DNA of 64,000 nucleotides from Spirochaetia bacterium (lineage in GTDB: Bacteria; Spirochaetota; Spirochaetia; CADAEX01), in assembly GCA_963662795.1 (NCBI GenBank), contig OY759746.1, forward strand, positions 1,056,001 to 1,120,000, read 5' to 3'. The stretch's first letter is position 1; the number at the start of each line of letters is the position of its first letter. This document shows, in pieces, positions 10,269-19,710 of the stretch. Made by a program: the position numbers and the translations under genes. Under the pieces are notes generated by a model. It was given only the letters and a program-made list of their open reading frames with translations. It was not told the origin of the DNA and ran no database searches.

Positions 10269-11227
10269 CAGATTTCCCCCTTTCTGTTTTTTTCCGCAAG
10301 GACTTTGAGCATGTCTTCCGTCATTGTCTCCAGATCATAATCAGGGCTCCATCCCCACTCAACACGGGCCGCGTAATCCTCAAGAGAGTTGGGCCAGGAG
10401 TTTGCTATTGCCTGCCTTACCGGATCTACATCATAGTCAATCTCAAACTCAGGAATACGGGCCCTGATATAACCTGCCTGGTCTTCAGGGCAGAAGCTCA
10501 TTGCGGTAATATTAAAAGCGTTTCTGTGCCTGAGCTTTGCCGGGTCGGCTTCCATTATTTCAACCGCGGCTTTTAATGCGTCAGGCATGTAGATCATGTC
10601 CAGATTTGTATCCCCCCGCAGAAAACAGGTATACCTCCTGTTTTTTACCGCCTCATAATAAATATGTACCGCGTAGTCTGTTGTCCCGCCGCCGGGAGGA
10701 GTTGCGTTTGAAATAATGCCCGGAAACCTTACGCCGCGTGTATCTACTCCGTATTTGTGATGATAATAATCGCACAGCAGTTCACCGGCGACCTTGGTAA
10801 CGCCATACATTGAAGTCGGTCTCTGAATAGTATCCTGGGGAGTATAATCCCTGGGAGAGGATGGACCGAAAGCGCCGATAGAACTGGGAGTAAACAGTGA
10901 ACACCCCTCTTCACGGGCAATTTCAAGAACTGTAAGGAGGGAGTTTACATTGATATCCCATGCGGCCTGAGGGTTTTTTTCAGATGTTGCCGAAAGCAGT
11001 GCGGCGAGGTGATAAATACGCTCTACCCTGTATTTTTTTATGATTTCATGGAGAGTTTTCCCATCCCTGCTGTCTGTCCTGATAAACGGACCGCCTTCAA
11101 TAAGATCAATGTTGACATCGTCGCGGAGGTCCGTCAGAACAACGTTCTCATTTCCATAAGTATTTCGAAGCTTTAAGGCCAGCTCAGAACCGATCTGACC
11201 AAGCGCTCCTGTAAGCAGTATTTTCAT
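10268..11227 (-). CDS. tdh: L-threonine 3-dehydrogenase, SDR/epimerase type
   Basis: Start MKILLTGALGQIG with GGAGG SD; YGVTK (YxxxK), PGGGTTDYAV; coupled to kbl. Confidence 0.85.
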   Translation of the reverse strand: MKILLTGALGQIGSELALKLRNTYGNENVVLTDLRDDVNIDLIEGGPFIRTDSRDGKTLHEIIKKYRVERIYHLAALLSATSEKNPQAAWDINVNSLLTVLEIAREEGCSLFTPSSIGAFGPSSPRDYTPQDTIQRPTSMYGVTKVAGELLCDYYHHKYGVDTRGVRFPGIISNATPPGGGTTDYAVHIYYEAVKNRRYTCFLRGDTNLDMIYMPDALKAAVEIMEADPAKLRHRNAFNITAMSFCPEDQAGYIRARIPEFEIDYDVDPVRQAIANSWPNSLEDYAARVEWGWSPDYDLETMTEDMLKVLAEKNRKGEI

Positions 11228-11299
11228 ACAAACCTCCTCCTGTAATTCCCATGATAAAAAGCTTGAATAATTGCAGGACACATATTATAGTAAATTAAT

Positions 11300-11357
11300 A
11301 TTCACTATATCAAACTTTATATTTTTATTATAGTGAATTATTATTTAGTATGTCAAA
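11300..11357. promoter_or_regulatory. Candidate operator array between tdh and the XRE regulator
   Basis: ATTCACTATA (11300-11309) / TATAGTGAAT (11329-11338) perfect inverted repeat; three related 14-mers. Confidence 0.5.
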
Positions 11358-11383
11358 CTTTTTTTAAAAAGGAAGCATAAATC

Positions 11384-11962
11384 ATGGTGGAAAAACATCT
11401 TCTTCCGATAGGAACAACAATTCAGGAAATTCGGAAAGACAGAAAAATGACGCTAGGGGTTCTTTCAGAGAAAAGCGGTGTTTCAAAAGCAATGCTTTCA
11501 CAGATTGAATCAGACAAGGTAAACCCGACAATCGCGACTGTCTGGAAGATAGCCACAGGCCTAGGCGTTGATATAAACGAACTTACAAGAGTTATTTCAG
11601 TTACAAAAAGGAATTTCACACTTACAAAGAAAGATGAAATTTCGATTCTTAACTGCGATCAGGAGGGAGTACACTTAAGAACACTTACCCCTGTTACCAT
11701 GATTGACGATCTTGAGATGTACCTGATAACATTTGAACCTGAAAGCGAGCTTAAATCACTCCCCCATTTTCACGGCACAGAGGAATTCCTTACGCTTCTC
11801 GAGGGAGAGCTTCTTGTAAAAGCCGGGGAAAGCAATACAGTAATGCATAAAGGCGATTTCCTTGCCTATCACAGCGATATTGACCATTCGATCACAAACA
11901 CAGGCGCCTCAAAAGCCGTGCTGCACATGGTCGTGCGGTATAAAAAACTTACAGACAGATGA
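11384..11962 (+). CDS. XRE-family HTH regulator with C-terminal cupin (PuuR/SutR-like)
   Basis: LSEKSGVSKAMLSQIE...NPTIATVWKIA HTH; cupin PHFHGTEE. Confidence 0.9.
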   Translation: MVEKHLLPIGTTIQEIRKDRKMTLGVLSEKSGVSKAMLSQIESDKVNPTIATVWKIATGLGVDINELTRVISVTKRNFTLTKKDEISILNCDQEGVHLRTLTPVTMIDDLEMYLITFEPESELKSLPHFHGTEEFLTLLEGELLVKAGESNTVMHKGDFLAYHSDIDHSITNTGASKAVLHMVVRYKKLTDR

Positions 11963-11963
11963 T

Positions 11964-12833
11964 TTAATCCACAGAATGCCTGCAGAGCCTTAAAGCAGCA
12001 GGCACGGCAGCCAGTCCTCCAAGCGCGGTCTCTTTTAATGAAGTATCCATTTTTCCCCCGACCTCTTTCATTGCAGCTATGACCTCATCAGAGGGTATAA
12101 TGCTTTTCACCCCGGCCAGCGCCATTTCCATGGCAGTCAGCGCATTCACCGCGCCGTGGGCATTTCTGAATATGCATGGATACTCAACGTAACCGCCTAC
12201 CGGGTCGCAGACAAGACCAAGGGAATTTAACATCGACAGTGAAAAAGCATGTGTACACTGCTGCGGTGTTCCTCCGAGAAGCTCGCACCCTGCGGCGGCG
12301 GCCATTGCCGCGGCAGACCCGCATTCAGCCTGACACCCTCCCTCGGCTCCGGCTAACGTCGCATTTTCAGCAATTACAGCTCCGATTCCTCCGGCTGTAA
12401 TCAGGGCCATTATTACTTTCTCCCGCCTGAGGCTGAGCTCTTCTTCAATCGCTGATAAAAACCCCGGAATAATACCGCATGAGCCTGCCGTCGGAGAGGC
12501 GACAATCCTGCCCATGTTTGCGTTGACTTCAGATACGGCAATTGCGTTCCTTGTTATGCGGGCGGAAAGCCCGTTTCCAAGAGCTCTCCCGGATGCTATA
12601 TATCTGTCAAGGAGTGAAGCATCACCTCCGCTTAAACCTGTTACAGTTTTCATTTTCGACTTGATGCCTCTTTCTACAGCTTCAAGCATAACATCATACC
12701 TCATGGACATTTTTTTAAAAACATCTTTTGCAGTACAGTTATTTTCCTCAGCCTGAAGTTCAATTACAATATCAGATATTCTAACCTTTCTGCTTTCCGC
12801 AGCTGCGGCCAGTTCTTTAATACTTTTCATCAA
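11964..12833 (-). CDS. sdaAA: L-serine ammonia-lyase, Fe-S dependent, alpha subunit
   Basis: PTAGSCG, GAEGGCQAECG, LGLVCDPVGGYVEYPC, LKETALGGLA. Confidence 0.95.
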   Translation of the reverse strand: MMKSIKELAAAAESRKVRISDIVIELQAEENNCTAKDVFKKMSMRYDVMLEAVERGIKSKMKTVTGLSGGDASLLDRYIASGRALGNGLSARITRNAIAVSEVNANMGRIVASPTAGSCGIIPGFLSAIEEELSLRREKVIMALITAGGIGAVIAENATLAGAEGGCQAECGSAAAMAAAAGCELLGGTPQQCTHAFSLSMLNSLGLVCDPVGGYVEYPCIFRNAHGAVNALTAMEMALAGVKSIIPSDEVIAAMKEVGGKMDTSLKETALGGLAAVPAALRLCRHSVD

Positions 12834-12847
12834 TCCTGCTCCGTGTG

Positions 12848-13519
12848 TTAATACAGTTTATCCAGATATATGATTTTTTTGATTTCATGAACAGATTTAC
12901 ATTTTTCAATAAAGTCAGCACTGACACACTTATTCATGTTGATTATCATCACTGCATTATTACTTTTATTTTCATCGTTATATACCCGCATTTCTACAAT
13001 ATTGATTCCCTCATCCGCAATTATCCTGCCGACAGAAACAACAACGCCCGGAACATCTTCATTAAAAACAATCAGTGTCGGATATTTGCCTTCATACCTG
13101 ACCTTTACCCCGTCTATTTCATTGAGTATTATTTTCCCGCCCCCTACAGATGAGAACTGAAGGTTCAGTTTTTTGCCTTGTTTGCCGGCTGCAATTATCT
13201 GCGCAGTATTTGGATGCACCTTTCCAAGATCTGCTTCGGTAAAACTGAATTTCATACCGGCTTTTTCAGCCGCTTCAAAACTGCCTGTTATGCGGTCATC
13301 ATCAGGGCTGTAACCGAGAAGTCCTGCGATTATTGCCCTGTCTGTTCCATGGCCCTTTGCAGTACGTGCAAATGAGCCGTGCATGGAAATTGAAACTTCG
13401 GCCGGCGTACTGCCGTCCTGAAGGAGCTCCCTTGCGAGGTTTCCCATCCTGACAGCACCGGCAGTATGGGAACTTGAAGGGCCTATCATCACCGGCCCGA
13501 TTATATCAAAAATATTCAT
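12848..13519 (-). CDS. sdaAB: L-serine ammonia-lyase, beta subunit
   Basis: Start MNIFDIIGPVMIGPSSSHTAGA; GHGTD; SVGGG; C-terminal ACT domain. Confidence 0.95.
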   Translation of the reverse strand: MNIFDIIGPVMIGPSSSHTAGAVRMGNLARELLQDGSTPAEVSISMHGSFARTAKGHGTDRAIIAGLLGYSPDDDRITGSFEAAEKAGMKFSFTEADLGKVHPNTAQIIAAGKQGKKLNLQFSSVGGGKIILNEIDGVKVRYEGKYPTLIVFNEDVPGVVVSVGRIIADEGINIVEMRVYNDENKSNNAVMIINMNKCVSADFIEKCKSVHEIKKIIYLDKLY

Positions 13520-13635
13520 AATTGCGAGATTAGCATTAATCTTAATTAATTGTACAGGAGAAGCAGGCTTTGTCTTAGGCAGTATAACCTGTCGCCGGTT
13601 TATTAATGTACTCATTTTATGATATATTCCCATCC

Positions 13636-14133
13636 ATGAATAAAGAATCAACAAACAAGAAACCTTCAGATTCAATTGTCCGGATGGAACAGCTTGTTCT
13701 GCCCAATGATGCAAACATGCTCAATAATCTTTTCGGAGGAAGACTTCTTCAGTGGATAGACGCGGCAGGAGCCATGGCTGCCATGAAGCATTCAAGAAAA
13801 GAGGTTGTGACTGTGGCGGTCGACAGTGTAGATTTCAGGGAGCCTGTAAGGGTCGGCGATATGGTAAAGCTTACAGCAAAGGTCACCTGGACAGGAAGAA
13901 CATCCATGGAAATAAAGGTTACTGTATTCTGTGAAAAACCGCGAACTGGTGAGATAATAAAAACAAATGAAGCATTTATGACGCTTGTCGCGTTAAACGA
14001 TGCCGGGAAACCAACAGAGGTTCCAGGCCTGTGTCCGGAAACAGATGAAGAGAAAACTGATTTTGACAGGGCAAAAGAAAGAAGGGGCTACAGGCTCAGC
14101 AGGAAATCATGCAGGGAAAATCCGCTAATGTAA
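13636..14133 (+). CDS. Acyl-CoA thioesterase (HotDog fold, YciA-like)
   Basis: VLPNDANMLNNLFGGRLLQWID, VTVAVDSVDF, GRTSMEI. Confidence 0.9.
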   Translation: MNKESTNKKPSDSIVRMEQLVLPNDANMLNNLFGGRLLQWIDAAGAMAAMKHSRKEVVTVAVDSVDFREPVRVGDMVKLTAKVTWTGRTSMEIKVTVFCEKPRTGEIIKTNEAFMTLVALNDAGKPTEVPGLCPETDEEKTDFDRAKERRGYRLSRKSCRENPLM

Positions 14134-14174
14134 TAGCCGCTTATACATTTAATCATATATCAGCATCCTGAAAC

Positions 14175-14214
14175 AAAAAAAAGCGCATCTCCTGATGCAG
14201 GAATGCGCTTTTTT
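14175..14214. terminator. Bidirectional intrinsic terminator
   Basis: A-tract-GCGCAT...ATGCGC-T-tract between convergent genes. Confidence 0.85.
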
Positions 14215-14235
14215 CTATAAGCCAGTTTGAGAATA

Positions 14236-14928
14236 TTATTTTACTGCGTCAAGTTCGCCGAAGACTTTAAGAAAATTACCGTCAATTTTAACCTGAAGTG
14301 TACCGGCCAGCTGGAAAAAATCAGAAGTAGCATAATCATTTGTAACCTTACCGGTTTTTGAGGAAGTTGAGCCCACCTGTTTACCGTCGGCAATGGAAGT
14401 GTTCCATACCTTGTTCCAGTCAACATTGGCAGTTTTGCCTGTTGATGAAAAATCCGGATGGATTGTATTGTCAGAATGCCCGATCTTTCTCATCCTGAAG
14501 TTCCCCCTGGGAAGCGAAAGCTTTCCCGCCTTGTCAGTAACGATTTCATAGGCAGTTCCGCGGTGGACGTAGCGGATAGTAATGGTGCCGTCATTGGCCT
14601 GTACTGCTTTAAGGTTATCGCCTGTCATAGTTGCGTTATCAGCCACTGAATAAAGAAAAACCCCCCTAAGGCCCGCCGGCATTGTAGGATTTCCCTTAAC
14701 ATCTCTTCTGTAGCTGTTAAAAAGCTCTGTGGTATGGCTTTTGCTTGCTCCTGCCACAGCATCGAAAGAATCCTTTTCATTCGCATTATTTGATCCACGG
14801 AAAGTAAAATAATTGTTTGCGTAGTCAGGTCCGGTGAGATTTACCTGGGAATATACCGCAAGATCTGCCGCAAAAAGTGCCATTGCTGAAAGCATAATCA
14901 GCAAAACAAGAATTGCCAGTTTTTTCAT
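14236..14928 (-). CDS. Secreted hypothetical protein with a possible flavinylation motif
   Basis: Start MKKLAILVLL with GGAGA SD; signal peptide ending ALFA; contains DAVAGAS. Confidence 0.75.
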   Translation of the reverse strand: MKKLAILVLLIMLSAMALFAADLAVYSQVNLTGPDYANNYFTFRGSNNANEKDSFDAVAGASKSHTTELFNSYRRDVKGNPTMPAGLRGVFLYSVADNATMTGDNLKAVQANDGTITIRYVHRGTAYEIVTDKAGKLSLPRGNFRMRKIGHSDNTIHPDFSSTGKTANVDWNKVWNTSIADGKQVGSTSSKTGKVTNDYATSDFFQLAGTLQVKIDGNFLKVFGELDAVK

Positions 14929-14957
14929 ATTATCTTCTCCTTTCATTGCCAATCAGC

Positions 14958-15015
14958 AGGATATATATCCTACTATATTGATATAATTATGTATATTTAA
15001 AGAGCTATTTGTCAA
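14958..15015 (-). promoter_or_regulatory. Sigma70-type promoter plus downstream palindrome
   Basis: TTGACA (15015-15010)-N18-CATAAT (14991-14986); perfect palindrome AGGATATATATCCT at 14958-14971. Confidence 0.5.
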
Positions 15016-15054
15016 GTGCATGATTACTTTTTAATAAATGCGGTGTATGGCTTT

Positions 15055-16599
15055 TTAAAAAAAAAGAGTAAACAATTCTGATGAATAATTAAAAAAATAA
15101 ATGATAAAACCCAGAATCAATAGATAAACAAAGCAGAAAGGGAGAAGAAAATGGAATAAATCCCCCTCCCGCCCCCCGATCCCGGCAGCAGCTGCTGCTA
15201 CCGCAATGCTTTGAGGGGCTATCATCTTTCCGGCAGTTGCGCCTGCTATGTTTGCAGCGGCCAGCCAGTAGCCGCTTATACCGAGACTTAAAGCAACATC
15301 TTTCTGAAACTCTCCGAACAGGATGCAGGATGATGTGTCACTGCCGGTAATAAAGGTTCCAAGGGCACCGACGAACGGCGAAAACAGCGGATACAGAGAT
15401 CCGGTAATTTCAGCTGTACCGTTCGCCAGAAAATCTATCATTCCGCTATAGCGCATTATTGTCGCTGAGGCTACCAGGGAGATTATTGTAAGCGTAGTTT
15501 TCCCCAGTTTTCCCGCTGTCCGGATCAGTATAAAAAACGGCAGCGATAAGCCGTCCCCGCTGAGAATTGAAGATAAAAATACCGCCAGGGCAATAAGAAC
15601 ACCGGGTGTGGAAATCCAGTAAAACCTGATTATCTTGCCTGCAGATACGGGATAGAATTTAACCGCTGTGCTGAAAGAATCCAGATACTCCCTGACGGCA
15701 GGAAAAAGGGGACTTGCTAGTGCTATAAAAAATAAAACAAGGATATACACAAAAACAGCGTCTAAAATTTTTCCAGGCTGCACAGCAATACTTTTACAGG
15801 GTATTTCATGAGTATCTTTTTCAGCCGCAGCTTTTCTGAGTAAAGAGACCCCTATAATAAAAACAGTTCCGGAAAGTGAAGCAAGAATTGTCGCAAGCTG
15901 CGGTCCGATGTGAAGGGCAACAAGGAGATTGACAGAGGCAAAACCGAGCGAACCGGCTGCGGCTTCCGGAAAAAACCTCAGAGCTTTTTTCAGCGACCGT
16001 TCATTAACAATAACCAGAAGAAAAGGTATCAACAGGGTCACCGGGAGAAGCTGAAAAGCGATAAACGCTGTAAGCGTTGGGAGATCGAGATTTGTCATTA
16101 ACGCAAGAGTCATCGCCGGAATTCCGACTGCTCCCAAAGCTGTTGAAACAGTATTTGCAAGAAGGCATATTACAGCAGAATAAAAAGGATTAAAGCCTAA
16201 AGCCGTCATTATTCCGGCTGGAATTGCGACAGCCGTACCGTATCCGGCTATCCCTTCCAGGAAATTCCCGAGGCCCCAGGCAAGCAGAAGCACCTGGATA
16301 CTTTTTTCACTGCTGAAGGCAAGAATAATCTTTTTTACGGTTTCCATTCTTCCTGTTTCAGAAATATAGTTATATGAGAAAATCGCGGCAGCAATTACAA
16401 TAATTATCGGCCATAGTGCCATTGCACTTCCTTCTACAGCGCTTAATATAATCAAAACAGGTTCTTGCCTGAAAAAGATAAGAGCAGCTGCCGCAGAGGA
16501 AGCAAGAGCAGCAAGAGATGCATAAACCGGGGATATCTTTAAAGCACCGATCATGAGGATAAGGAGTGCAATTGGAACTAAAGCAATAAAGAACAGCAT
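15055..16599 (-). CDS. lctP: L-lactate permease
   Basis: FLEGIAGYGTAVAI, GTFITGSDTSS, GKMIAPQSI; many TM segments. Confidence 0.9.
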   Translation of the reverse strand: MLFFIALVPIALLILMIGALKISPVYASLAALASSAAAALIFFRQEPVLIILSAVEGSAMALWPIIIVIAAAIFSYNYISETGRMETVKKIILAFSSEKSIQVLLLAWGLGNFLEGIAGYGTAVAIPAGIMTALGFNPFYSAVICLLANTVSTALGAVGIPAMTLALMTNLDLPTLTAFIAFQLLPVTLLIPFLLVIVNERSLKKALRFFPEAAAGSLGFASVNLLVALHIGPQLATILASLSGTVFIIGVSLLRKAAAEKDTHEIPCKSIAVQPGKILDAVFVYILVLFFIALASPLFPAVREYLDSFSTAVKFYPVSAGKIIRFYWISTPGVLIALAVFLSSILSGDGLSLPFFILIRTAGKLGKTTLTIISLVASATIMRYSGMIDFLANGTAEITGSLYPLFSPFVGALGTFITGSDTSSCILFGEFQKDVALSLGISGYWLAAANIAGATAGKMIAPQSIAVAAAAAGIGGREGDLFHFLLPFCFVYLLILGFIIYFFNYSSELFTLFF

Positions 16600-16615
16600 T
16601 ATTCCCCCGGCCCCC

Positions 16616-17863
16616 TTAATTTTTCGACAGGATTATTTTAACGTTATTGATTTTTGTCATGGAAACCGAGTCCACAATAATCTCAGCGCCTTTAACTGAT
16701 ATTTTTTCTTTACGTTTGGGGATCCGGCCGAGTTCATCAATTATAAATCCACCGATTGTCTGGGAAAATCTTCCGATCGGCAGGCTTATTCCAAGGCTGT
16801 CATTGACAGTGCTGATCAGGGAGCTGCCGGTTACAATATATGTATTTTCACCGGTAATGGTTATTTTTTCATGCTCCGGAGAGTCGTCTTCATCATAAAG
16901 CTCACCGACTATTTCTTCTATAATATCCTCCACAGTCACAATTCCCGAAAGCCCGCTGTATTCATCAAGAATAATTGCCATATTTCTCTTTTCTTTCTGC
17001 ATCATGAAAAGCGCATCACGGATCTTTTTATTATCAGATAAAAAAAAGGGAGGAAGCATTATATCTTCGAGTTTAATATATTTTTTCTCTTCCCTGCAGC
17101 CTATATTCCTGACTATATCTTTTACAAGAACTATCCCCCTGATGTTCTCGGGGTTATCTTCATAAACCGGAATCCGTGAAAAGTTTTTGCCGGTAATAAG
17201 ATCAATTACATCAACTATCCTGCTGCTTTTATCAAGGCTGAAAACTTCTGTTCTGTGAGTCATTATACTGCTGATATTCTGCTGATCCAGCCTGAATACG
17301 GCATGCACCATATCTCTCTCATAATCTTCCAGTACCCCTTTGGCCTCGGCATATCTTACAAGTCTCAGGATAGCATCCATGGTAAGAGGGTCACGTGATT
17401 TGGGAGAAAGATAGCGGGTGATAAAACTGCTTATAAGAGTAATAAAATAAACAAAAGGGGAAAAGACAATAATAAACGCATTTATTATCGGAGCAGAAAA
17501 AACAGCGACAGCTTCATTATGGGCAAGCGCCAGATTCTTGGGGATTACTTCCCCGAAAATAAGTATCGCAAGTGTCAAAAGGCCTGTCATGTATCCTATA
17601 AAAGCATTCCCCAGCAGATCTATGGTTAGTCTGGTAGATATTACCGACAAAGATATATTTACAAGATTATTGCCGGCAAGAATTGCTGTAAGAAATTTTT
17701 CAGGTTTTTTTAAAAGCTTTCTAACCAGTTTTCCGCGATTTCCCCTTTTTTCCGCTATAGAGTCTATCTGAAAGGAGGAGAGGGAAGTAAACGCAGTTTC
17801 TGAAGAAGAAAAAAAACCTGATAAAATAAGCAGAGAGACAATTAAAGATATTTGACCAATCAT
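16616..17863 (-). CDS. HlyC/CorC (CNNM-CBS) family transporter
   Basis: SGFFSSSETAFTS, FGEVIPK, FSRIPVY, DEYSGLSGIVTVEDIIEEIVGE. Confidence 0.93.
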   Translation of the reverse strand: MIGQISLIVSLLILSGFFSSSETAFTSLSSFQIDSIAEKRGNRGKLVRKLLKKPEKFLTAILAGNNLVNISLSVISTRLTIDLLGNAFIGYMTGLLTLAILIFGEVIPKNLALAHNEAVAVFSAPIINAFIIVFSPFVYFITLISSFITRYLSPKSRDPLTMDAILRLVRYAEAKGVLEDYERDMVHAVFRLDQQNISSIMTHRTEVFSLDKSSRIVDVIDLITGKNFSRIPVYEDNPENIRGIVLVKDIVRNIGCREEKKYIKLEDIMLPPFFLSDNKKIRDALFMMQKEKRNMAIILDEYSGLSGIVTVEDIIEEIVGELYDEDDSPEHEKITITGENTYIVTGSSLISTVNDSLGISLPIGRFSQTIGGFIIDELGRIPKRKEKISVKGAEIIVDSVSMTKINNVKIILSKN

Positions 17864-17933
17864 TTTATATTAAATTATTCCTAAAAAGCATTTTTGTCCA
17901 TCATTTAATGGCCGGCTGTCAAAACAGCTCATG

Positions 17934-19268
17934 TCATATCAGGCCGTCTGCATTTTTATCATCATTTTTGGGGATCAGCCCTGCCGCCGGCATTTTTTTC
18001 TCAAGCTGCGCCATCTGTCTGGCGACTTTTCTGATCTCATCCTTTAGAATAAAGATGCAGTCGCTTTCTTCCGCATAGCCTCTTACTATATCCTCGGCAA
18101 GGGCCCTGCAGGTGGGAGCCCCGCAGGAACCGCAGTCAAGGCCCGGCAGACTGCTGTTTATCTCTTCAAGTTTTTCCATCATCTTCATTGCAACCCTGAT
18201 ATCCTCATCAAGCTTCATTATGGGTTTTGAATAGATTTCATGGGTCCAGTTAAGGTCAAATCCGGGTCTCTTCAGGATATCACCGCTTATAAACGGATTG
18301 GTATTCTTTTTCACAAGATTCTTGACCGCCGAACGCGCTATAAATGTGTTTTCCACATTCATGATTCCGCCGACGCACCCTCCGGGACATGCCATTGCCT
18401 CGATAAAATCAATATCATCAATATTTTCGCTCTCAATCTGTTCAAGAACCTTTATCACCTGATGAATCCCGTCAACAGATATGCTCCTCAGCGCACCGAC
18501 AGCCTCGCCTTCACCGTCGCTGAACCCCCATCCGACACCCAGCCCGGAAGAGGCAGAATAACGGATAGGCTTATCTATTTTCCTTATTGCGCTTCTTAGG
18601 GGAAGATAGATATCCTTGGCAGCAATAACTCCGTCTACCCAGGATTCATGGTCTCCGATCGGAGACCTCACAGCGGTAACCTTTGCAGGACAGGGGGAAA
18701 TGAAAAAAACTCCTATATTTTTTTTATCTTTATGGATATATTTTTTTACAATCCTTGCCGCAAGCTCCATCGGAGACTGTATTTTTATGACATGTTCGAT
18801 AAGTGCCGGGAATTTAACCTGTATAAGCCTTACAACAGCGGGACAGGATGAAGAAATAAGAGGCTTTGGATATTTATCAGATTTAAGGAGATCCCTGGTA
18901 GCAATGGATACAATTTCAGCAGCCCGTGCAACTTCATATACATCATCAAAGCCTATATCAAGAAGCGCAGAGAGAATGTACTCAGGGCCGGGAATATCGC
19001 GGAACTGGCCGTAAAAACTCGGGGCAGGGATTGCGACCTTATAATCGTATTTTTCAATTATATCGAGCGGATCAGAAACAGCTTTCTTGGCATGAGAAGG
19101 GCAGGTCCTTATGCACTCGCCGCAATCGATGCACCTTTCGGTTATGATTACAGCTTTCCCGTCCCGGACCCTTATTGCCTCGGTCGGACAATTGGATATA
19201 CAGTTTGTGCACCCCCTGCAGAGGTCTTTATCAAGTGTTACTGAATGATAATACCTGTTCCTGTCCAT
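17934..19268 (-). CDS. Group-D-like (putative sensory) [FeFe]-hydrogenase with 2x[4Fe-4S] and C-terminal FeS domain
   Basis: Two CxxCxxCxxxCP; H-cluster motifs SSSCPAV, SPCPAK, EAMACPGGCVGG; C-terminal LPGLDCGSCGAPTC...C. Confidence 0.8.
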   Translation of the reverse strand: MDRNRYYHSVTLDKDLCRGCTNCISNCPTEAIRVRDGKAVIITERCIDCGECIRTCPSHAKKAVSDPLDIIEKYDYKVAIPAPSFYGQFRDIPGPEYILSALLDIGFDDVYEVARAAEIVSIATRDLLKSDKYPKPLISSSCPAVVRLIQVKFPALIEHVIKIQSPMELAARIVKKYIHKDKKNIGVFFISPCPAKVTAVRSPIGDHESWVDGVIAAKDIYLPLRSAIRKIDKPIRYSASSGLGVGWGFSDGEGEAVGALRSISVDGIHQVIKVLEQIESENIDDIDFIEAMACPGGCVGGIMNVENTFIARSAVKNLVKKNTNPFISGDILKRPGFDLNWTHEIYSKPIMKLDEDIRVAMKMMEKLEEINSSLPGLDCGSCGAPTCRALAEDIVRGYAEESDCIFILKDEIRKVARQMAQLEKKMPAAGLIPKNDDKNADGLI

Positions 19269-19271
19269 TTC

Positions 19272-19694
19272 CTATTTATCCTGACCAATTTTAACTTTTA
19301 TTGTAACAATTGTCTCCACTCCCGGTATGCTTTTAATATCAAGGTAATCAGAATTTTTCTTTATATTAGGCAGCCCCATCCCTGCACCAAAGCCCATCTC
19401 CCGGATCAGATCGGAAGCAGTTGAATAGCCTTCCTGCATTGCAAGGGTTATATCAGGAATACCGGGACCGTGGTCTGTCAGGACAGCGGTAACAGCTTCA
19501 GGAGTTATCTCAATATCAACTGTTCCGCCGCCGCCGTGTATTACCATGTTTATTTCCGCCTCATAAAGCGATATCACCGCTTTTTTAACAATTGCCGGTG
19601 CTACTCCAAGCTGCATCAAATTCTTTTTCAGGCTGCTTGAGGCAATACCTGCAACAGACATATCATTGCCGGGCAGGGAATAATTAAGGTTCAT
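19272..19694 (-). CDS. RsbT-like anti-sigma / Ser-Thr kinase (HATPase_c)
   Basis: YEAEINMVIHG N-box, DHGPGI G1, GFGAGMGLPN G2. Confidence 0.88.
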   Translation of the reverse strand: MNLNYSLPGNDMSVAGIASSSLKKNLMQLGVAPAIVKKAVISLYEAEINMVIHGGGGTVDIEITPEAVTAVLTDHGPGIPDITLAMQEGYSTASDLIREMGFGAGMGLPNIKKNSDYLDIKSIPGVETIVTIKVKIGQDK

Positions 19695-19710
19695 CCTTAG
19701 ACAGGTCCGG

